A stretch of DNA of 64,000 nucleotides. Origin: Gammaproteobacteria bacterium (GTDB lineage Bacteria > Pseudomonadota > Gammaproteobacteria > G965277405). The DNA lies in contig OZ255726.1 of NCBI GenBank assembly GCA_965277405.1, positions 1,696,001-1,760,000 on the forward strand, written 5' to 3'. Every line of letters begins with the position of its first letter. The first letter of the stretch is position 1. Of this stretch, positions 48,410 to 59,460 are shown in pieces. The notes under the pieces were generated by a model. The model did not search any database. It saw only the letters and a list, made by a program, of their open reading frames with translations, and was not told the DNA's origin. Position numbers and translations under genes: made by a program.

Positions 48410-49209
48410 AAAACGAATCTTTTCTTAGAGTAGTCACCGTCGCGCTGGCTGTGTGTGTGGTTTGCGCGCTATGTGTTTCTATGGCGGCAATAGTGCTGCG
48501 TCCACAACAACAGCGTAACGCCAAAATCGAGCGCGATTATAACATTCTTACCGCAGCGGGTATTATCGACAGCAGCGATCCAGACGGCAAAAAACTTGTG
48601 CCTGAGCGCATTAGTCAAGTGCAGGCAAGGCTGGTTGATCTTGATACTGGGGAGCTACTTGAGCAAGCAATGATCCATAGGTTGGGGCTGGATAACTACC
48701 AACAGCGCAAAGCGGAAAAAGACCCAACCCTCTCAAGAGCGCTTGCAGCGGACGAAGATATTGCCAGTATCAAACGCCGTGAACGCTATTCCTGGGTGTA
48801 TACGGTTACGGTGGATAACGCGCTTAAAACGCTGATTTTGCCGATTCGCGGGTATGGGCTGTGGTCAACAATGCGTGGCTTTATTGCGCTTGAAGGCGAC
48901 TTGAACACCGTTGTTGGTTTTGGTTTTTTTGAGCAGGGTGAAACCCCAGGGCTGGGTGGCGAAGTAGATAATCCGCAGTGGAAAGCGCAATGGCTTGGAA
49001 AAAAACTGTACAATGACCGCAACCAATTAGCGATTGGCTTGGTTAAAAACCTAACGGCTGCAAACCCTGAGTATCAGCACAAAGTCGACGCGCTCAGCGG
49101 CGCAAGTTTAACGACACAAGGGGTAAATAATCTATTGCAATACTGGTTGGCAGATGCAGGGTTTGGGGTATTCCTTGATAATATTCGTAATGGAAAGGTA
49201 AGAATATGA
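48406..49209 (+). CDS. nqrC: Na+-NQR subunit C
   Basis: [26 protein letters not shown]. Confidence 0.94.
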   Translation: MKNESFLRVVTVALAVCVVCALCVSMAAIVLRPQQQRNAKIERDYNILTAAGIIDSSDPDGKKLVPERISQVQARLVDLDTGELLEQAMIHRLGLDNYQQRKAEKDPTLSRALAADEDIASIKRRERYSWVYTVTVDNALKTLILPIRGYGLWSTMRGFIALEGDLNTVVGFGFFEQGETPGLGGEVDNPQWKAQWLGKKLYNDRNQLAIGLVKNLTAANPEYQHKVDALSGASLTTQGVNNLLQYWLADAGFGVFLDNIRNGKVRI

Positions 49210-49862
49210 GCACAAAGCAAACATTAGTCGACCCGATTTTTGACAATAACCCGATTGCGCTGCAAGTTTTGGGGATTTGCTCGGCGCTTGCTGTGACTTC
49301 AAAAATGAGTACAACAATGGTCATGGCGATTGCAGTGACTGTTGTTACTGGGCTTTCTAGTATGTTTATTTCGATGATTCGCAAGCAAATCCCGTCGAGT
49401 ATTCGCATTATCGTGCAAATGACCATTATCTCGTCATTAGTGATTATTGCTGACCAAATGATCAAAGCGTATGCGTTTGACATCAGCAAACAGCTTTCTG
49501 TGTTTGTCGGGTTGATTATCACCAACTGCATCGTGATGGGGCGCGCAGAAGGATATGCGATGCAAAATCCGCCAATTTCAAGTTTTATCGACGGCATTGG
49601 CAATGGTATTGGCTATAGCATGCTGTTGTTGATTGTTGGTACAATCCGTGAGATAATAGGAAACGGTACTTTTTTTGGCTTCACTGTGTTGCCAAGCATC
49701 AATGACGGCGGCTGGTATTACAAAAATGGTTTGTTGTTGTTACCACCAAGCGCGTTCTTTTTGATTGGATTCCTTATTTGGGGGCTGCGGGCATGGAAAA
49801 AAGCACAACAAGAGGCTACCGAATTCAAAATCCAGTCTAACTCACGACCAGTTCAAGCGTAG
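49206..49862 (+). CDS. nqrD: Na+-NQR subunit D
   Basis: [32 protein letters not shown]. Confidence 0.96.
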   Translation: MSTKQTLVDPIFDNNPIALQVLGICSALAVTSKMSTTMVMAIAVTVVTGLSSMFISMIRKQIPSSIRIIVQMTIISSLVIIADQMIKAYAFDISKQLSVFVGLIITNCIVMGRAEGYAMQNPPISSFIDGIGNGIGYSMLLLIVGTIREIIGNGTFFGFTVLPSINDGGWYYKNGLLLLPPSAFFLIGFLIWGLRAWKKAQQEATEFKIQSNSRPVQA

Positions 49863-49872
49863 GAGTAGTAAA

Positions 49873-50484
49873 ATGTTAGAGCATGTTTTGAGTTTATTTG
49901 TTCGCTCAATTTTTATCGAAAATATGGCGCTTTCCTTCTTTTTAGGAATGTGCACGTTTATTGCGTTATCAAAAAAAATAACGACGGCGATCGGTTTAGG
50001 AATTGCTGTAGTGGTGATTTTGTCGATTACTGTGCCGTTGAATAATTTAATTTTAGATTTTGTGCTCAAAGAAAATGCATTGGCATGGCTTGGGCTGCCT
50101 AGGATTGATTTAACCTATTTAGGCTTTATTAGCTACATCGGGGTGATCGCCGCGGTTGTGCAAATACTCGAGATGTTCTTAGACAAATTTGTCCCAGTGC
50201 TCTATAACGCGTTGGGAGTGTTTCTACCATTGATAACAGTCAATTGTGCGATTATGGGTGCGGTGTTGTTTATGGTTGAACGCGACTATAACTTTGTAGA
50301 ATCAGTGGTGTTTGGCGTTGGTTCTGGCGTTGGTTGGATGCTTGCCGTTGTTGCGCTTGCAGGAATACGTGAGAAATTAAAATATTCAGACGTGCCCGAT
50401 GGACTACAAGGTCTCGGAATTACATTTATTACAGTTGGGTTAATGTCGCTTGGCTTTATGTCTTTTTCAGGCATCCAGCTATAA
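49873..50484 (+). CDS. nqrE: Na+-NQR subunit E
   Basis: [24 protein letters not shown]; AGGAG upstream of ATG 49873. Confidence 0.96.
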   Translation: MLEHVLSLFVRSIFIENMALSFFLGMCTFIALSKKITTAIGLGIAVVVILSITVPLNNLILDFVLKENALAWLGLPRIDLTYLGFISYIGVIAAVVQILEMFLDKFVPVLYNALGVFLPLITVNCAIMGAVLFMVERDYNFVESVVFGVGSGVGWMLAVVALAGIREKLKYSDVPDGLQGLGITFITVGLMSLGFMSFSGIQL

Positions 50485-50494
50485 CGGAACGCAG

Positions 50495-51721
50495 ATGTTT
50501 GCTGAAATTATTATTGGTGTCGCATTTTTTTGCATAACCGTATTACTGCTGGTTTTTATTATTCTCTCTGCGCGCAGCAGCCTGGTAGCGACAGGGAATG
50601 TGGTAATCGACATCAATAACGACGCCACAAATACCGTAAATACCCCCGCAGGTGGCAAGCTATTGAGCGTGCTTGCAGACCAAGGTCTTTTCCTGTCGTC
50701 AGCATGCGGTGGTGGCGGAACATGTGGACAATGCCGTTGCATAATCGATTCAGGGGGTGGGTCAATATTGCCTACAGAAGAACCGCAATTCACCAAAGCC
50801 GAACGCCGTGAAGGCTGGCGCTTATCGTGCCAAGTTCCAGTCAAGCAAAATATGAAAATCCACGTGCCAGAAGAAGTATTTGGCGTCAAAAAATGGGAAT
50901 GTACTGTCGCAGCCAACAATAACGTCGCAACGTTTATTAAAGAACTCGTGCTCAAACTCCCAGCAGGAGAAAGCGTGCCATTTAAAGCAGGCGGGTATGT
51001 GCAGTTAGAAATACCACCACATACGGTTCATTATAAAAACTTTGACATTGGGGAAGAATTTCGTGGCGACTGGGATGCGCTGGATATGTGGCAATACACC
51101 TCTAAAGTTGAAGAAGCTGTTATCCGCGCGTATTCAATGGCGAATTATCCAGAAGAAAAAGGCATTGTAAAATTCAATATTCGTGTGGCTAACCCACCTC
51201 CTGGTACCAATCACCCGCCTGGAAAAATGTCTTCATACGTGTTTAGTTTGCAACCAGGCGATACGGTGACAGTATACGGACCGTTTGGTGAGTTTTTTGT
51301 TAAAGAGACCGCAGCCGAAATGGTGTATATCGGTGGTGGTGCTGGCATGGCACCGCTGCGTTCGCATATTTTTGATTTGCTCAAACGTGTTCATTCAAAG
51401 CGTAAAATTTCATATTGGTACGGTGCGCGGAGTAAACGTGAAATTTTTTATTTTGAGGAATTTGCAAAACTAGCAGCGGAAAATGACAACTTTGATTTTC
51501 ATATTGCCTTGTCTGACCCGCTACCAGAAGATAATTGGGACGGTTTTACAGGGTTTATTCACAATGTTGTTGCACAGCAATATCTTAACAACCATCCGAA
51601 TCCAGAAGATATCGAATACTACATGTGTGGGCCACCAATGATGTCGACTTGTGTTAAAACTATGTTGACAAACCTCGGTGTAGAACCAGAAAACATTGCC
51701 TTTGATGATTTTGGCATATAG
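50495..51721 (+). CDS. nqrF: Na+-NQR subunit F
   Basis: [40 protein letters not shown]. Confidence 0.96.
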   Translation: MFAEIIIGVAFFCITVLLLVFIILSARSSLVATGNVVIDINNDATNTVNTPAGGKLLSVLADQGLFLSSACGGGGTCGQCRCIIDSGGGSILPTEEPQFTKAERREGWRLSCQVPVKQNMKIHVPEEVFGVKKWECTVAANNNVATFIKELVLKLPAGESVPFKAGGYVQLEIPPHTVHYKNFDIGEEFRGDWDALDMWQYTSKVEEAVIRAYSMANYPEEKGIVKFNIRVANPPPGTNHPPGKMSSYVFSLQPGDTVTVYGPFGEFFVKETAAEMVYIGGGAGMAPLRSHIFDLLKRVHSKRKISYWYGARSKREIFYFEEFAKLAAENDNFDFHIALSDPLPEDNWDGFTGFIHNVVAQQYLNNHPNPEDIEYYMCGPPMMSTCVKTMLTNLGVEPENIAFDDFGI

Positions 51722-52772
51722 CCGCCACCAGTATCGGTCGTTTATAGCGCTTGGTATTGTCTGTAGAGCCACTGCAATAATTGCAGTATTGTTGCTAGCA
51801 ATATTGTTGGTTGGCTGCACAGACCAACCAACAGTGTTCGATGGCAAAACATTTGGCACGTCATACCATATTGTTGTTGCCGATGACCTTGCAGAGCCAG
51901 CCCAAGTCCATCACGCCATCAAGCAACGCTTAGTCGAGATTGATGCAGTATTTTCCACATGGAAAGTTGATTCTGCAATTTCACGGTTGAATGCAAACCC
52001 AACGCTCGGTGAATGGATACCGACAACAGCAGAACTTGTTGATTTGCTCGTGCGCGGTAAGCAAATAAGTGAGCAAACGGATGGTGCGTTTGAGCAAACA
52101 ATCGCTCCATTAGTCAGGTTATGGGGGTTTGGCAGTAGCAAAGTAGCAATCGATGGAAGCAACGCGCCAACGCTGCAGCAAATTAACGCAGCAAAATCAA
52201 TCATTGGCAGTGAGATGTATATGCTGCAACAACACGGAAGTTTTGTTAAAAAACTGAAGCCAGTGGTGTTTGACCTCAGCGCAATAGCCAAGGGCTATGC
52301 GGTTGACGAAATTTCTACAGTACTTATCGAGTTTGCTGCTCCCAACCATTTGGTGGAAATTGGTGGCGAAATAGTCGCCAGAGGCAGTAAATTCGGCAGC
52401 GCGTGGCGAGTAGCAATCGAACAACCTGAAGCCAGCAACAGAGAAATCCAAGTTGTTGTCCCGCTTACAAACACGGCAATGGCGACATCAGGCGATTATC
52501 GCAATTATTACGTTCGTGATGGTGAACGCTACAGCCATATTATCGACCCGCGCAGCGGCAGGCCTATACATCATCGACTGGCATCTGTTACAGTACTGGC
52601 AGAAACATGTTGGCAGGCAGATGCATTAGCGACGGCATTCATGGTGCTTGGGGTTGAAAAAAGCCGACAAATAGCCAACCAACTCAACGTAGGTATATAT
52701 ATGCTTGAGCATGATGGTGATATAATGCGGAGCACGCAGAACAAGCGTTTTGCGGAATTAACTAGTGATTGA
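51705..52772 (+). CDS. apbE: FAD:protein FMN transferase (lipoprotein); start uncertain
   Basis: Lipobox [41 protein letters not shown]. Confidence 0.93.
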   Translation: MILAYSRHQYRSFIALGIVCRATAIIAVLLLAILLVGCTDQPTVFDGKTFGTSYHIVVADDLAEPAQVHHAIKQRLVEIDAVFSTWKVDSAISRLNANPTLGEWIPTTAELVDLLVRGKQISEQTDGAFEQTIAPLVRLWGFGSSKVAIDGSNAPTLQQINAAKSIIGSEMYMLQQHGSFVKKLKPVVFDLSAIAKGYAVDEISTVLIEFAAPNHLVEIGGEIVARGSKFGSAWRVAIEQPEASNREIQVVVPLTNTAMATSGDYRNYYVRDGERYSHIIDPRSGRPIHHRLASVTVLAETCWQADALATAFMVLGVEKSRQIANQLNVGIYMLEHDGDIMRSTQNKRFAELTSD

Positions 52773-52773
52773 T

Positions 52774-52965
52774 ATGGAATTTCTCGCAGCGTTTATAGTG
52801 TTCGCTACCGTAGTAGCGTTGATGGCTGTTGGGGTGATGTTTAAACGTTCACCAATCCAAGGCAGCTGTGGTGGTATTTCATCATTCAGCGGCGGAAAAT
52901 GCGATTTCTGTGGCGGCGCAAGCGTTGACGCATGCGATACCAAACTTCTTCGCCAAGCAAAATGA
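52774..52965 (+). CDS. nqrM: Na+-NQR maturation factor
   Basis: TM helix, MAVGV..IQGSCGG..CDFC..C; follows apbE. Confidence 0.88.
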   Translation: MEFLAAFIVFATVVALMAVGVMFKRSPIQGSCGGISSFSGGKCDFCGGASVDACDTKLLRQAK

Positions 52966-53321
52966 ACATTGCAGTTGCCACGTTTGATCCAACGCTCGCG
53001 CCAACAGCGCTGCATATTACCCAAGCAGCAAAAACCCGTCTCGCACGGCTGGATGCAAACGGTAAGAAATATTTTCGTGTATACATCACCGGCGGCGGTT
53101 GCTCAGGCTTTCAATACGGCTTTCAATTTGACGAATCAAGCCAAGATGATGATACCAATGTTGCCTGTGGCGATATTTCTGTAGTTATCGACGCGCTGAG
53201 CATTCAATACCTTAAAGGTGCGGAACTTGATTACAAAGAAGAGCTGATGGGTTCACGGTTTTTGGTGAGTAACCCCAACGCGTCAACGACATGTAGCTGC
53301 GGAGCGTCGTTTTCTGTCTAA
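52962..53321 (+). CDS. erpA: Fe-S cluster insertion protein ErpA
   Basis: RVYITGGGCSGFQYGF, NPNASTTCSCGASF. Confidence 0.9.
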   Translation: MNIAVATFDPTLAPTALHITQAAKTRLARLDANGKKYFRVYITGGGCSGFQYGFQFDESSQDDDTNVACGDISVVIDALSIQYLKGAELDYKEELMGSRFLVSNPNASTTCSCGASFSV

Positions 53322-53345
53322 CATGCAATTGATTGCGCGTAGCAG

Positions 53346-53753
53346 GTGAACATATGCCCCGAGCAAATCATTGGTAAGCTGCGCGCGCTACTACCTATTG
53401 CATATGTACCATATTCGACGATTCAAGTTGCCGCTGCGGTAGTCTGGCAACAAGACGGGGTTGAGCAGCTTGATGTTGGTATTAATGTTGAAAATGTCTC
53501 GTATGGGCTGACTAATTGTGGCGAACGTACCGCAGTGTTTAGCGCTGTAACCAAAGGCATGCGGCAAATTACCGCAGTGTATGTGATGTCGAACCTGCCT
53601 AAACCGGTGCTGCCATGCGGTGGCTGCCGCCAAGTATTGTTAGAGTTTGCCAGCAGTGGCGATATGCCGATTACTTGTCTCAACCAGCAAGGTCACCAGC
53701 AACAATACACCCTCAACCAACTGCTGCCGCACGCATTTAACGCACGGTTGTAA
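53346..53753 (+). CDS. cdd: Cytidine deaminase (short, homotetrameric type)
   Basis: PYS, NVENVSYGLTNCGER, PCGGCRQ, LLPHAF. Confidence 0.88.
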   Translation: MNICPEQIIGKLRALLPIAYVPYSTIQVAAAVVWQQDGVEQLDVGINVENVSYGLTNCGERTAVFSAVTKGMRQITAVYVMSNLPKPVLPCGGCRQVLLEFASSGDMPITCLNQQGHQQQYTLNQLLPHAFNARL

Positions 53754-53834
53754 CGGCTTTAATTTGGTATGTGTTCGTAAACCGCGCTACAGTCGCGGCC
53801 GGTGTTGAAAATCTAACAGCCCTAGCACAAAATA

Positions 53835-54516
53835 TTAACCCGCCATCCGTACGCCAAAGGCTATAAATGCGCAGCCTACGCTGGTGTTCAGCACAGCTGA
53901 GAGTTTGCTACGGTTGGAAAAAAAGCGCACCAGCCAGTTGCTAGTGCAGATTATGGTTGATAAATACACCAAACTAGCACATTGAAAAATCGCCGCGAGA
54001 ATCAAAAAACTTAACCACGTGTGTTGGTAGCTGATGTCAATAAACTGGACAAAAAACGACATAAAAAACATAATCGCTTTGGGGTTGAGCAAACTGATGA
54101 CCAGCGCTTTTGTATATGTTGTGGCAAGCGTTGGCGCGCGCGCAGGTTTGCTTGGTGCTGCGTGGATTGCCTTGCTGTTGCAACCGTATTGGCGTTGTTG
54201 CTGTAGCCATTGGTGATAACTGTGCCAAAGGAATTGCAACCCCAGCCAGCTTAAATACACCGCCCCAACAATTTTAATCGATTGAAATAACAACGGATAG
54301 CGTTCGAGCACCGCCGCCGCGCCGAATACTGTTAACATCATCAACATAAAATCGCCACAAAACACCCCAGCAGTCCCAGCAAAGCCAGCCCTGCGACCAA
54401 AGCGGGCGGCAATCGATATCACATACAGCGAGTTCGGCCCAGGAATAAGCACAATCACAATCGCCCCGACTATATATAGCGTTATATAGCGTTAGGTCAG
54501 TAATCCCAAATATCAT
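53835..54516 (-). pseudogene. leuE: LeuE/LysE-family amino-acid exporter, frameshifted by a 10-bp duplication
   Basis: AGGAGG then ATG 54516 gives MIFGITDLTLY; removing one TATAGCGTTA copy (54475-54494) restores YIVGAIVIVLIPGPNSLYV...LLNPKAI. Confidence 0.85.
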
Positions 54517-54676
54517 CGCCCCTCCTATAGTCGGCTGGTTAATTGCTGTTGGTAAATTATGGGCTTGTAAGTAACTTGTAAGTAAAGTAAATAGCTGCAA
54601 ATGTAAACCCAAGCGCAAGCCAGCTCAATATAAATACGGATGATTATGCTATAGCAGCGCGCAATAATCCCAGCAA

Positions 54677-54695
54677 GGACTTAATCAGAGCTTCC
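54677..54695 (+). mobile_element. Solo right terminal repeat of the MITE family
   Basis: GGACTTAATCAGAGCTTCC followed by TTAG; no left end seen upstream. Confidence 0.8.
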
Positions 54696-55388
54696 TTAGC
54701 GTCGCCAGATGTTACTGGCGCGCCAAAGTCCGTATACTAGTGTGATGGAGTTTGCCCAGTATGCGAATCGTAAGGCTAGGTTGTCACTGGCGCTGTGCCA
54801 TGTTGTGTCGATGGTGGAGGTTGTTAGCAATATTCCAGTGATGGTTAACCACAGTAGCAGCGGTGTGCTGAGTAGGCTTAATACGGCATGGCGGGAGCGG
54901 GGGTAATGACTGCTAAATTGCAGGTAGTTGCTAAGCCCTAGCAGTATTTGCAGCAGTATCAGCCAAGTAAGACCTAGCGCGATCCAGCTGGTGGAAAAAA
55001 ATAGCCCAATATGCAATTGCTTGGCGATGTCATCGACAAGCACAACCTGATGTTGCACGGTGATAATTGCTCCAGTGTAGGGGTTTTGAGTGATCAGCCA
55101 ATCGCTATCTGCACCACGATACATGACTGCGTCTTGCGGAGCTTGCGGCCAAATAGTTGCATACACACCTTTAAACTGTTGTTGCTCGATGGTTTTTTCT
55201 CCGTAACTGGTGAGCGTGGTTTTGTCTAGTTGTTGCTGCTGTGGGCGCACGGTCAGCCAGTCGTGGTGAACGAGTCTGTCGATGTGAGCTGCAACAGTGA
55301 TGAATAAACCCGTACACAACAACCACAGTAGTGGTGCAATCACGCAAATAGCAAGGAGGTAGTGAATACGGTAGATAAGTCGTTGCAT
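54696..55388 (-). CDS. PepSY-associated TM helix protein (start probably ATG 55388)
   Basis: RIHYLLA..LCTG, NPYTGAI, QLHIGL, RHAVL..ITG. Confidence 0.75.
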   Translation of the reverse strand: MQRLIYRIHYLLAICVIAPLLWLLCTGLFITVAAHIDRLVHHDWLTVRPQQQQLDKTTLTSYGEKTIEQQQFKGVYATIWPQAPQDAVMYRGADSDWLITQNPYTGAIITVQHQVVLVDDIAKQLHIGLFFSTSWIALGLTWLILLQILLGLSNYLQFSSHYPRSRHAVLSLLSTPLLLWLTITGILLTTSTIDTTWHSASDNLALRFAYWANSITLVYGLWRASNIWRR

Positions 55389-55488
55389 GCTGACAGAATA
55401 GATAATTTTTTGAACTGCAATCCAGTAAATGGCTGCTGCTGTGTACAATGCAATCTACAATATTCAACGATAATTGCAGACTTACAAT

Positions 55489-57174
55489 ATGATAAACCCA
55501 ACCCGATACTTATACCTGCCCCAAGCTGGGACAACACTATTGGCGCAGCCATTGTTGAACAAAGGTAGCGCGTTTAGTGTGCAAGAGCGGATTGATTTTA
55601 ATTTGCATGGGTTAATACCACACACTGTCGAGACGATTGCCGACCAAGTTGATCGAGCGCATCAGCAGTTTGCTGATTTTAAAAAGCCACTCGATAAACA
55701 TATTTATTTGCGGGCGATTCAAGATAAAAACGAAACATTGTATTTTGCGTTATTGCGCAAATATTTAAAAGAAATGTTGCCAATAGTGTATACCCCGACA
55801 GTTGGCGCAGCCTGCAAGGCGTTTTCTAATATTTACCGCAGCAACCGTGGCTTGTTTTTGGACTATCCAAACCGCGATCATATGGAGCGGATGTTGCGCA
55901 ATGTCACCAAAAACAATATTCAAGTGATTGTAGTTACAGATGGCGAGCGGATTTTGGGGCTTGGTGATTTGGGGATTGGTGGCATGGGTATTTCGATTGG
56001 TAAATTATCGTTATATTCTCTTTGCGGTGGCATCAGTCCGGCGCATACGTTGCCGATAGTGCTGGATGTGGGGACTAATAATAAGGAATTATTGAATGAC
56101 AGCCGTTATATGGGCTGGCGCCACCTGCGCATTGAAGAGGCTAAATACCATGAGTTTATTGATTTGTTTATGAAAACCGTGCGCCAGGTGTGGCCGAAAT
56201 GTTTGATTCAATTTGAAGACTTTGCTTCCAAGCATGCGCAGCCGTTGCTGGAAAGGTATCGCAACCAAGCGCTCAGTTTTAATGATGATATTCAAGGGAC
56301 AGCATCCGTAACAGCAGGGGCATTGTTGACAGCGTGTGCGCGCACTACTATGGAATTGCAACAACATCGGTTTGTATTTGCAGGTGCAGGGAGTGCTGGT
56401 TGTGGGATTGCTGCGCAGTTGATATCGCACCTACAAGATGCTGGGTTAACGGCTGAACAAGCATTACAACGGGTATTTGTTGTCAATAGACGCGGGTTGC
56501 TCGATGAAACAATGGATTTATATGCATATCAACAGCGGTTTATCCATCCGCAAGCATGGCATAGCGATTGGGAACGCGCTAGCGCGCACTTTTCATTGAA
56601 AGAGGTTGTTTTACAGGCAAAGGCTACGGTGTTGATTGGCGTCTCTGGACAGTCTGGTGTGTTTGATGAATTATTGGTGAAAATGATGGCAAAACATGTG
56701 GAAAAACCAATTATTTTTCCACTCAGTAATCCAACAAGCCAAGCAGAAGCGCTGCCATCAGATTTATTACAGTGGACAAATGGAACAGCATTGATTGCAA
56801 CTGGCAGCCCTTTTGATCCTGTTGAATACGCTGGCAAAACATATGAAATTGCCCAATGTAATAATGTGTATATATTCCCAAGCATTGGTCTGGGAGCGTT
56901 GGCTTGTGGCGCAAATAAAATTACCGATGGCATGTTCAAAGTGGCGAGCGTCGCCTTGGCGCAGGCTGCACCAGTCACCAAAGATGGCAGCACACAGCTG
57001 TTACCAGACTTAGATGATATTGTGCTGGTGTGTAAAAAAATTGCGCTCGCGGTTGCCTTGCAAGCTGTTGCAGATGGCTGTGCTCCACCACAAAATGCTG
57101 AGCAACTACGCAACAATATAGCGCGGGTATTTTGGACACCGCAATACCGCAACTATCGCCGTACTGGGTATTGA
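55489..57174 (+). CDS. maeA: NAD-dependent malic enzyme
   Basis: LNKGSAFS, VTDGERILGLGD, QFEDF, FNDDIQGT, GAGSAG, PLSNPT, QCNN. Confidence 0.94.
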   Translation: MINPTRYLYLPQAGTTLLAQPLLNKGSAFSVQERIDFNLHGLIPHTVETIADQVDRAHQQFADFKKPLDKHIYLRAIQDKNETLYFALLRKYLKEMLPIVYTPTVGAACKAFSNIYRSNRGLFLDYPNRDHMERMLRNVTKNNIQVIVVTDGERILGLGDLGIGGMGISIGKLSLYSLCGGISPAHTLPIVLDVGTNNKELLNDSRYMGWRHLRIEEAKYHEFIDLFMKTVRQVWPKCLIQFEDFASKHAQPLLERYRNQALSFNDDIQGTASVTAGALLTACARTTMELQQHRFVFAGAGSAGCGIAAQLISHLQDAGLTAEQALQRVFVVNRRGLLDETMDLYAYQQRFIHPQAWHSDWERASAHFSLKEVVLQAKATVLIGVSGQSGVFDELLVKMMAKHVEKPIIFPLSNPTSQAEALPSDLLQWTNGTALIATGSPFDPVEYAGKTYEIAQCNNVYIFPSIGLGALACGANKITDGMFKVASVALAQAAPVTKDGSTQLLPDLDDIVLVCKKIALAVALQAVADGCAPPQNAEQLRNNIARVFWTPQYRNYRRTGY

Positions 57175-57233
57175 CTGCAAACGCGAAAGATGGACACGCA
57201 TGGCTGTTTTGAATATTATCACGGCGGGGTTTC

Positions 57234-59174
57234 TTGATAGCTATGCCACGTAACGACAGTGTTTTTGAAAGCGAGGTTGGTTATTCAACGCTTAAGAATG
57301 CGCGCATAGCGGTGAGCGTAGACGATGACGAGCGGCGGAAAATTGACAGCAAGCTAATTACGCCGTTGCCTGGGGTATACCGCATGTATGACACTGATGA
57401 TGCGCTGTTATATGTCGGTAAAGCTAAAAACTTGCGCAAGCGGGTGATGAGTTATTTTCAACACGGTGGCTTGGGTGCAAAAACCCAGGCGTTAGTAAAA
57501 AAAATCAACACAGTTGCAATCACGGTTACCCACAGCGAAGCAGAAGCACTGCTGCTCGAGCAAAATAGTATTAAGAGCTATCAACCGCCGTATAACATCT
57601 TGTTGCGCGATGATAAATCGTATCCATATTTGTTGTTTGCTGATGGCAATGGTTTTCCGTGGTTGAGTTTTCGCCGCAACAAAAATAAAAAAATAAAGGG
57701 CAGATATTATGGTCCGTTTCCAAATAGTACAGCAGTGCGCGCGGCAATTGTGGTGTTGCAAAAAGCATGTATGCTGCGTCAATGCAACGATGTTTTTTTT
57801 CGCAATCGCTCGCGACCGTGTTTGCAATATCAAATTAAGCGCTGCTCTGCACCTTGTGTTGGTCATATCGATGCGCAGACCTATCAGCGTGATGTCGCCC
57901 AAGCGCAAATGATTTTAGCCGGTCAAAGCAGCGAATTAGTTGCATCACTGACTAAGCTAATGACGGACTTTGCCAATACAGCGCAATATGAGCAGGCTGC
58001 GGTGATGCGTGATCGAATTATGGCGATTCGCAGTGTGCAAGCAGACCAATCTGTCACCCATGAACACGGCAATATTGATGCAATCGCAACAGTGCGCCAA
58101 CAGCATTTGCTATGTTTGGCGGTGGTACATGTGCGCAACGGTCAGGTATTGGGGAGCAATACGTTTTTTCCAGACAATGCAAATGAGGCACCGCTAGGTG
58201 CATTATTAGAGCAGTTTATTTGTCAATATTATTTACTGCAAGGCAAGCGGATGGACGCGCCACGTGGGATTGTTGTCGAAAACAATTTTGACAGCGCAAC
58301 GGTGTTGGGATTATTGCAACAAACGTATCCGCATCTGGAAATATATAGCAATGTCCGTAGCCAAAATAAAAAATGGTTGATGTTGGCGCAGACTAATGCC
58401 CAGCAAGCGCTGATGACGGCGCTCAGTCATAAGCGTTCTGTGCATGCGCGTACATTGGCATTACAAGAGCTGTTACAGCTTAACGTACTGCCGCAACGGA
58501 TGGAATGTTTCGATATCAGCCACACAATGGGCGAGGCAACGGTTGCTGCGTGTGTGGTCTTTGATGCATTGGGGCCTGTCAAAGCCGAATACCGCAAATT
58601 CAACATTACCTCGACCGCCAGCGGTGATGACTATCAAGCGATGCGTGAAGCATTGCAACGTCGCTATCAACGCGTGCTCGATGAGCAGCTGCCGCTGCCA
58701 GACATTATCTTTATTGACGGCGGTATCGGACAATTATCTGCTGCTGAGCAAATTCTTGCAGCGTTGCCATTGCACGATGTCTTGCTGGTTGGTGTTGCCA
58801 AAGGACTGGGGCGCAGGCCAGGTTTGGAAACATTGATCATCAGTCATTTTTTATACAAGCAACAGCAACAGACGTTGCGGGGACAAATTGACTTAGATAA
58901 TCGTGCGCCAGCATTGCATCTGATTCAGCATATTCGTGATGAAGCGCATCGGTTTGCGCTTACCAGCCATCGGGCCAAGCGTCAGAAAACACGCAGCCAT
59001 TCGTCGTTAGAAAATATCGCAGGGATTGGTCAGGCCAAACGTCAAACACTGTTATTGCATTTTGGGGGTATCCGTGGAATACGCAAAGCATCGGCGCGCG
59101 ACATTGCTCGGGTAAAAGGCATCAATAATGCACTTGCAAAGCGAGTTTATGACCAATTACACGCAGTTGGATGA
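57234..59174 (+). CDS. uvrC: Excinuclease ABC subunit C (true start may be GTG 57312)
   Basis: PGVYRM, YVGKAKNL, LRDDKSYP, ECFDISH, IDGG, RDEAHRFA, C-terminal HhH. Confidence 0.95.
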   Translation: MIAMPRNDSVFESEVGYSTLKNARIAVSVDDDERRKIDSKLITPLPGVYRMYDTDDALLYVGKAKNLRKRVMSYFQHGGLGAKTQALVKKINTVAITVTHSEAEALLLEQNSIKSYQPPYNILLRDDKSYPYLLFADGNGFPWLSFRRNKNKKIKGRYYGPFPNSTAVRAAIVVLQKACMLRQCNDVFFRNRSRPCLQYQIKRCSAPCVGHIDAQTYQRDVAQAQMILAGQSSELVASLTKLMTDFANTAQYEQAAVMRDRIMAIRSVQADQSVTHEHGNIDAIATVRQQHLLCLAVVHVRNGQVLGSNTFFPDNANEAPLGALLEQFICQYYLLQGKRMDAPRGIVVENNFDSATVLGLLQQTYPHLEIYSNVRSQNKKWLMLAQTNAQQALMTALSHKRSVHARTLALQELLQLNVLPQRMECFDISHTMGEATVAACVVFDALGPVKAEYRKFNITSTASGDDYQAMREALQRRYQRVLDEQLPLPDIIFIDGGIGQLSAAEQILAALPLHDVLLVGVAKGLGRRPGLETLIISHFLYKQQQQTLRGQIDLDNRAPALHLIQHIRDEAHRFALTSHRAKRQKTRSHSSLENIAGIGQAKRQTLLLHFGGIRGIRKASARDIARVKGINNALAKRVYDQLHAVG

Positions 59175-59460
59175 ATGCAACAACTCACATTTCAACACGA
59201 ATTGTTCAAATCTGGTTGTATTGCTCGCCGCCGGCATTACCCATTTGTTGATGATTCGTCGCGTAGCTGCTGATTTTGACTACAATAATAGCAATAATGA
59301 AAATAACGCAGCAATTGACAGCTAATATTGTTATTAAAACCAACGCTGATACAGTGCAAAACTCGTATAGTATTTTGTCGCGCAGCAGCGTTGTGACCAG
59401 CAATGCACCGCTGGTTTTGTGCGGTCGCGGCTGTGTTATTATTTTGATTGAAAGACTTTT

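Noticed and set aside
59175-59460. tRNA or pgsA expected after uvrC; small hydrophobic ORFs
   Set aside because: No cloverleaf, T-loop or CCA seen; the ORFs have no recognisable motif or RBS.
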